Source: a virus (taxonomy: Duplodnaviria; Caudoviricetes). Taken from it: a stretch of 38,352 nt of DNA. Position 1 is the first letter of the stretch. Every line of letters starts with the position of its first letter. The position numbers and the translations under genes were made by a program. This document shows, in pieces, positions 35,248 through 38,352 of the stretch. The stretch lies in IMG/VR virus record IMGVR_UViG_3300037440_000188, positions 1 to 38,352 of that record, one strand, 5' to 3'. The notes below the pieces were generated by a model. That model ran no database searches. It was given only the letters and a program-made list of their open reading frames with translations, and was not told the DNA's origin.

Positions 35248-36816
35248 ATGGCAACAAAAAGGGACGAATACGACAAAGTTAAACCGCCAAGAATGGAATT
35301 ACCAAACCCACAAATTGAAAGGGATAGAGCTAAAGGACAAAAAAATACAAGTTCTTTAGGTGTTTTTCCTTATCCCGATAGTGACAGTAGATTAAGTGGG
35401 TATGACTATTACGAATCCCTTTTTATGGGCCAACATTTTGAAGCTTTTAGAATAAAGATAGATAACGAAGCATACGGCGAGGCCTACAATAAATTAAGAT
35501 ATGTAAAAATTAACTTCGCCGGTTTAATTTCTAAAGTTGTGGCCGATATGTTATTTAGCGAACCCCCTATTATCCAGGTACCCGGAGGCGACCAAGAATT
35601 TATAGACGCTTTAATACAAGAAAACCACTTAAAGGCGCAATTCTATGAATCTTCATTATCTAACTCTTACGCAGGGGACGCGCTTTTTAAAATTAGAGTT
35701 GGTAAAAGACACCCTAATAGCATTTTTGAGAAACCCACTTTAATAATAGAAGATACCCAACCGGGTATATACTTTCCACAAGTGGACCAATTTAACGTAA
35801 GACAGGACCCCGAAATAAAGGAATTAGCATGGACTTTTAAAAAAGGAGATACTAAATATTTGAGAAAAGAAATACACGAAGTACATAACAGAAGAATAAT
35901 AAACCAAGTGTTCGAAATGGAGGGAAACGAAATTAAACACCAAGTTAATTTGAACATACTAGGAATACAAGGACTAGCGGAACAACAACAAACTAGGGTA
36001 GATAATTCCTTAATAATACATACCCCCAATTGGAAAACTGGACGCAGATATTTTGGTATTTCCGATTATTACGACTTGGACGCTTTATTTTATGCAATTA
36101 ATAATCGTATGACTAAAACCGATAATGTTTTAGACAAACATACCGACCCTATATTAGCGGTTCCACCGGGAGTAATAGGCGAAGACGGTAGGGTAAACCG
36201 TGAAAAGCTTGGAATGATTGAAGTACCCGAAGGAATTGGAGGAAGTGAAGGGAAACCGGAATATATCGTTTGGAATGCTAGTTTAGAAAATGCGTATAAA
36301 CAATATGAGAAACTAATAGAGGCCATTTTTATGGTTAGTGAAATTTCGCCCGATACTTTAGGAATGGGACAAGGTAAAAGCGATAGCGGTAGAGCATTGA
36401 AATTTAAACTACTTCGAACCATTGCGAAAGTAACTAGAAAGAAGACCTATTACGACGTTGCGTTAAAAGAATTATTATACACCGCCCAAGTAGTAGCCAA
36501 AGAATGGGGTTTAGAAGTTGGAGGAAGGAAACTAAAAGGCGAACCCGTTTACCCAGAAATTAAATGGCAAGACGGTATACCACAAGACGACATAGAAGCC
36601 ACAGAAGTAGAAGTAAAGAGGAAAGACGCAGGTTTAACAACTACTAAGGATTCATTAGTTAGATTAGACGGTTTAGACGAGGATAACGCAGAAGCTAAAG
36701 CCAAGGAAATAGAGGAGGAAGGCAAAGTAGAATTACCTAAACCTAATAATGGCGAGAACCCATTTAGTAACAAAACCATAAACGACAAAGCTAACGCAGT
36801 ACCAAACGATAAATAA
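35248..36816 (+). CDS. Portal protein (SPP1 gp6-like)
   Basis: INFAGLIS, FGISDY and SGRALK motifs. Follows terL. Confidence 0.9.
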   Translation: MATKRDEYDKVKPPRMELPNPQIERDRAKGQKNTSSLGVFPYPDSDSRLSGYDYYESLFMGQHFEAFRIKIDNEAYGEAYNKLRYVKINFAGLISKVVADMLFSEPPIIQVPGGDQEFIDALIQENHLKAQFYESSLSNSYAGDALFKIRVGKRHPNSIFEKPTLIIEDTQPGIYFPQVDQFNVRQDPEIKELAWTFKKGDTKYLRKEIHEVHNRRIINQVFEMEGNEIKHQVNLNILGIQGLAEQQQTRVDNSLIIHTPNWKTGRRYFGISDYYDLDALFYAINNRMTKTDNVLDKHTDPILAVPPGVIGEDGRVNREKLGMIEVPEGIGGSEGKPEYIVWNASLENAYKQYEKLIEAIFMVSEISPDTLGMGQGKSDSGRALKFKLLRTIAKVTRKKTYYDVALKELLYTAQVVAKEWGLEVGGRKLKGEPVYPEIKWQDGIPQDDIEATEVEVKRKDAGLTTTKDSLVRLDGLDEDNAEAKAKEIEEEGKVELPKPNNGENPFSNKTINDKANAVPNDK

Positions 36817-36821
36817 AAACT

Positions 36822-37727
36822 ATGGCCCATAATACAAGAGTAGACGGCGTATTAGTGAAAGAAAGAAATATAAAAAAACTTTCTACGTTATATAAAAAAT
36901 CCTACATAAAGATTGTTAGAGAAATAGAAGGCGCTACCAATTTTGGAGTTGCCAATAGAAGGGCCATTTTAAAACAAATTGAAGTAATATTAGAAGGCCT
37001 AGGCGTAGACGTTGATAACTTTATTCGTTCAGAATTACCCCAATACTATAAACAAGGCGCAGACGACGCAATAAAACAACTTCGGGAGGTTGACGCACCT
37101 ATCCCAACACCGAAAGGGTTTAATAATATACACAAACAAGCTATAGAAGCATTAGTAGACGAAACCGCCACCGCTTTCGGTGAATCCTTGACCGGTGTAA
37201 AGCGTTCCGCTACTAGACTATTAGGTAAAGCTACTAGGGAAGCTTTAACACAGCGGTTGGCCGAAGGACAAATAACCGGAGAAGCTTTAAAAGAGGTAAA
37301 AAAAACAATAGTAGGAACATTACGACAAGACGGTTTAGCTTCTTTAATAGATAAAGGCGGTAAAAAGTGGGAACTAGACACCTACGCTGAAATGTTGATA
37401 AGAACTAAAGCAGTAGAAGCGCGTAACAGGGGATTAGCAAATAGAATGGCCGAAAACGACTACGATTTAGTACAAGTTTCGGACCATAATAGCGACCATG
37501 AAGAATGCGCAGTATGGGAAGGGCAAATTCTTTCATTAACCGGGGCTACTAAAGGTTACCCAACCTTAGCAGAAGCCGAGGCAAGCGGATTATTTCATCC
37601 TAATTGCAAGCATGCTATAAACGTAATGATTCCAAGGCTTGCAAAAATTACCAACGCTTACGACCCCGATACAGAAACATATAAAATTCCTAACAAAGAA
37701 GCCGTTAAAATTACCCGTAGTGCCTAA
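36822..37727 (+). CDS. Minor capsid / head morphogenesis protein (gp7/MuF-like)
   Basis: DKGGKKW...YAEM..RT, VQVSDH, C..WEG and GLFHPNCKH. Confidence 0.88.
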   Translation: MAHNTRVDGVLVKERNIKKLSTLYKKSYIKIVREIEGATNFGVANRRAILKQIEVILEGLGVDVDNFIRSELPQYYKQGADDAIKQLREVDAPIPTPKGFNNIHKQAIEALVDETATAFGESLTGVKRSATRLLGKATREALTQRLAEGQITGEALKEVKKTIVGTLRQDGLASLIDKGGKKWELDTYAEMLIRTKAVEARNRGLANRMAENDYDLVQVSDHNSDHEECAVWEGQILSLTGATKGYPTLAEAEASGLFHPNCKHAINVMIPRLAKITNAYDPDTETYKIPNKEAVKITRSA

Positions 37728-37731
37728 TAAA

Positions 37732-37760
37732 TTGACAAAAGATAGTACTTACTAGACAAT
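37732..37760 (+). promoter_or_regulatory. Promoter for the scaffold-capsid operon
   Basis: TTGACA-17-GACAAT. Confidence 0.65.
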
Positions 37761-37832
37761 TAGCATAAGGTATTTATAAATTTAAGGCGTTTGTAGCGTG
37801 GACTTACCACGTTAAAAAAACGAAACTACAAT

Positions 37833-38352
37833 ATGGCCGAAGTAAACGAAAATAATAACGGTGGCGACGGTACACCAAACAACCAAGGCAATGGCGCCGA
37901 AGTTAATAACAATTCCGCAAACCAACCCGGCGGGACTGACCCGAGTAAAACTGGAACGGAAGGTAATAGTTCTTTCGACGTATCCGCTTTAAGCGACGAG
38001 GATTTCTCTAAAGTCTTCGAAGATAAAAGAATATGGACGCACGAAAGATTTAAAAGCTTGAACAGTAAAGCCAAGAAAGCCGAAGAATACGAGCAACGAA
38101 TAGCACAAGAAGAAGAAGAAAAGTTAAAAGCCGAAAAAAAGTGGGAGGAATTAGCCTCTAAAAAGGAAGGCGAGGTAACCACTTTAAGGGAGCAACTTAA
38201 CGAACAGAAGGTTAATAATGCACTTGCTATCGAAGCACAAAAAATAGGTGTGGTAGATTTAGAAGCCGTTACCAAATTAATAGACCGTTCTAGTATAAAG
38301 GTTAACGAGCAAGGGACAGTGGAAGGAATAACAGAAGCCTTGGAATCCCTAC
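37833..38352 (+). CDS. Capsid scaffolding protein (5' part, runs off the window)
   Basis: MAEVNENNNGGDG..., low-complexity N-terminus then an EK-rich coiled coil, open to the window end. Confidence 0.85.
   Translation, partial: MAEVNENNNGGDGTPNNQGNGAEVNNNSANQPGGTDPSKTGTEGNSSFDVSALSDEDFSKVFEDKRIWTHERFKSLNSKAKKAEEYEQRIAQEEEEKLKAEKKWEELASKKEGEVTTLREQLNEQKVNNALAIEAQKIGVVDLEAVTKLIDRSSIKVNEQGTVEGITEALESL

Noticed and set aside
37826-38275. 149 aa minus-strand ORF and the other minus-strand ORFs in the track (e.g. 11829-12356, 17389-18006)
   Set aside because: Antisense shadows of well-supported + strand genes, with no motifs or expression signals.
1-38352. Alternative genetic code (stop-codon reassignment)
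   Set aside because: Genes are full length and densely packed under code 11, with TGA, TAG and TAA all used as stops.

Overview
Near-complete genome of an AT-rich siphovirus-type tailed phage. Every credible CDS is on the + strand, and the window starts and ends inside the same scaffold gene. Gene order: major capsid; a 7.8 kb block of six glycosyltransferase-like genes, two SAM methyltransferases and a Zn-ribbon gene; Ser/Thr-rich putative virion proteins, one with twenty 14-aa repeats; head-tail joining genes; a Com-like Zn finger; tail tube; a -1 frameshifted chaperone pair; tape measure; hub and fibre; lysis cassette; a 600 bp non-coding control region; three early operons (Bet-like recombinase, SSB, nucleases, RlpA-like protein, Cys-repeat protein, many small ORFs); terminase, portal, minor capsid and scaffold. 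I recognised no integrase, CI-like repressor, polymerase, primase, helicase, tRNA, CRISPR array or reverse transcriptase. Two candidate novel systems stand out. (1) A large phage-encoded glycosylation and methylation pathway sits inside the head module next to likely substrate proteins. (2) An RNA-based control locus at 23128-23723 contains a ~60 nt minus-strand sRNA, with its own promoter and terminator, that is complementary to one start-codon region in each early operon. The locus also holds a second sRNA, a pseudoknotted hairpin array and paired operator-like palindromes. All protein calls come from motif recognition and synteny, not database searches.
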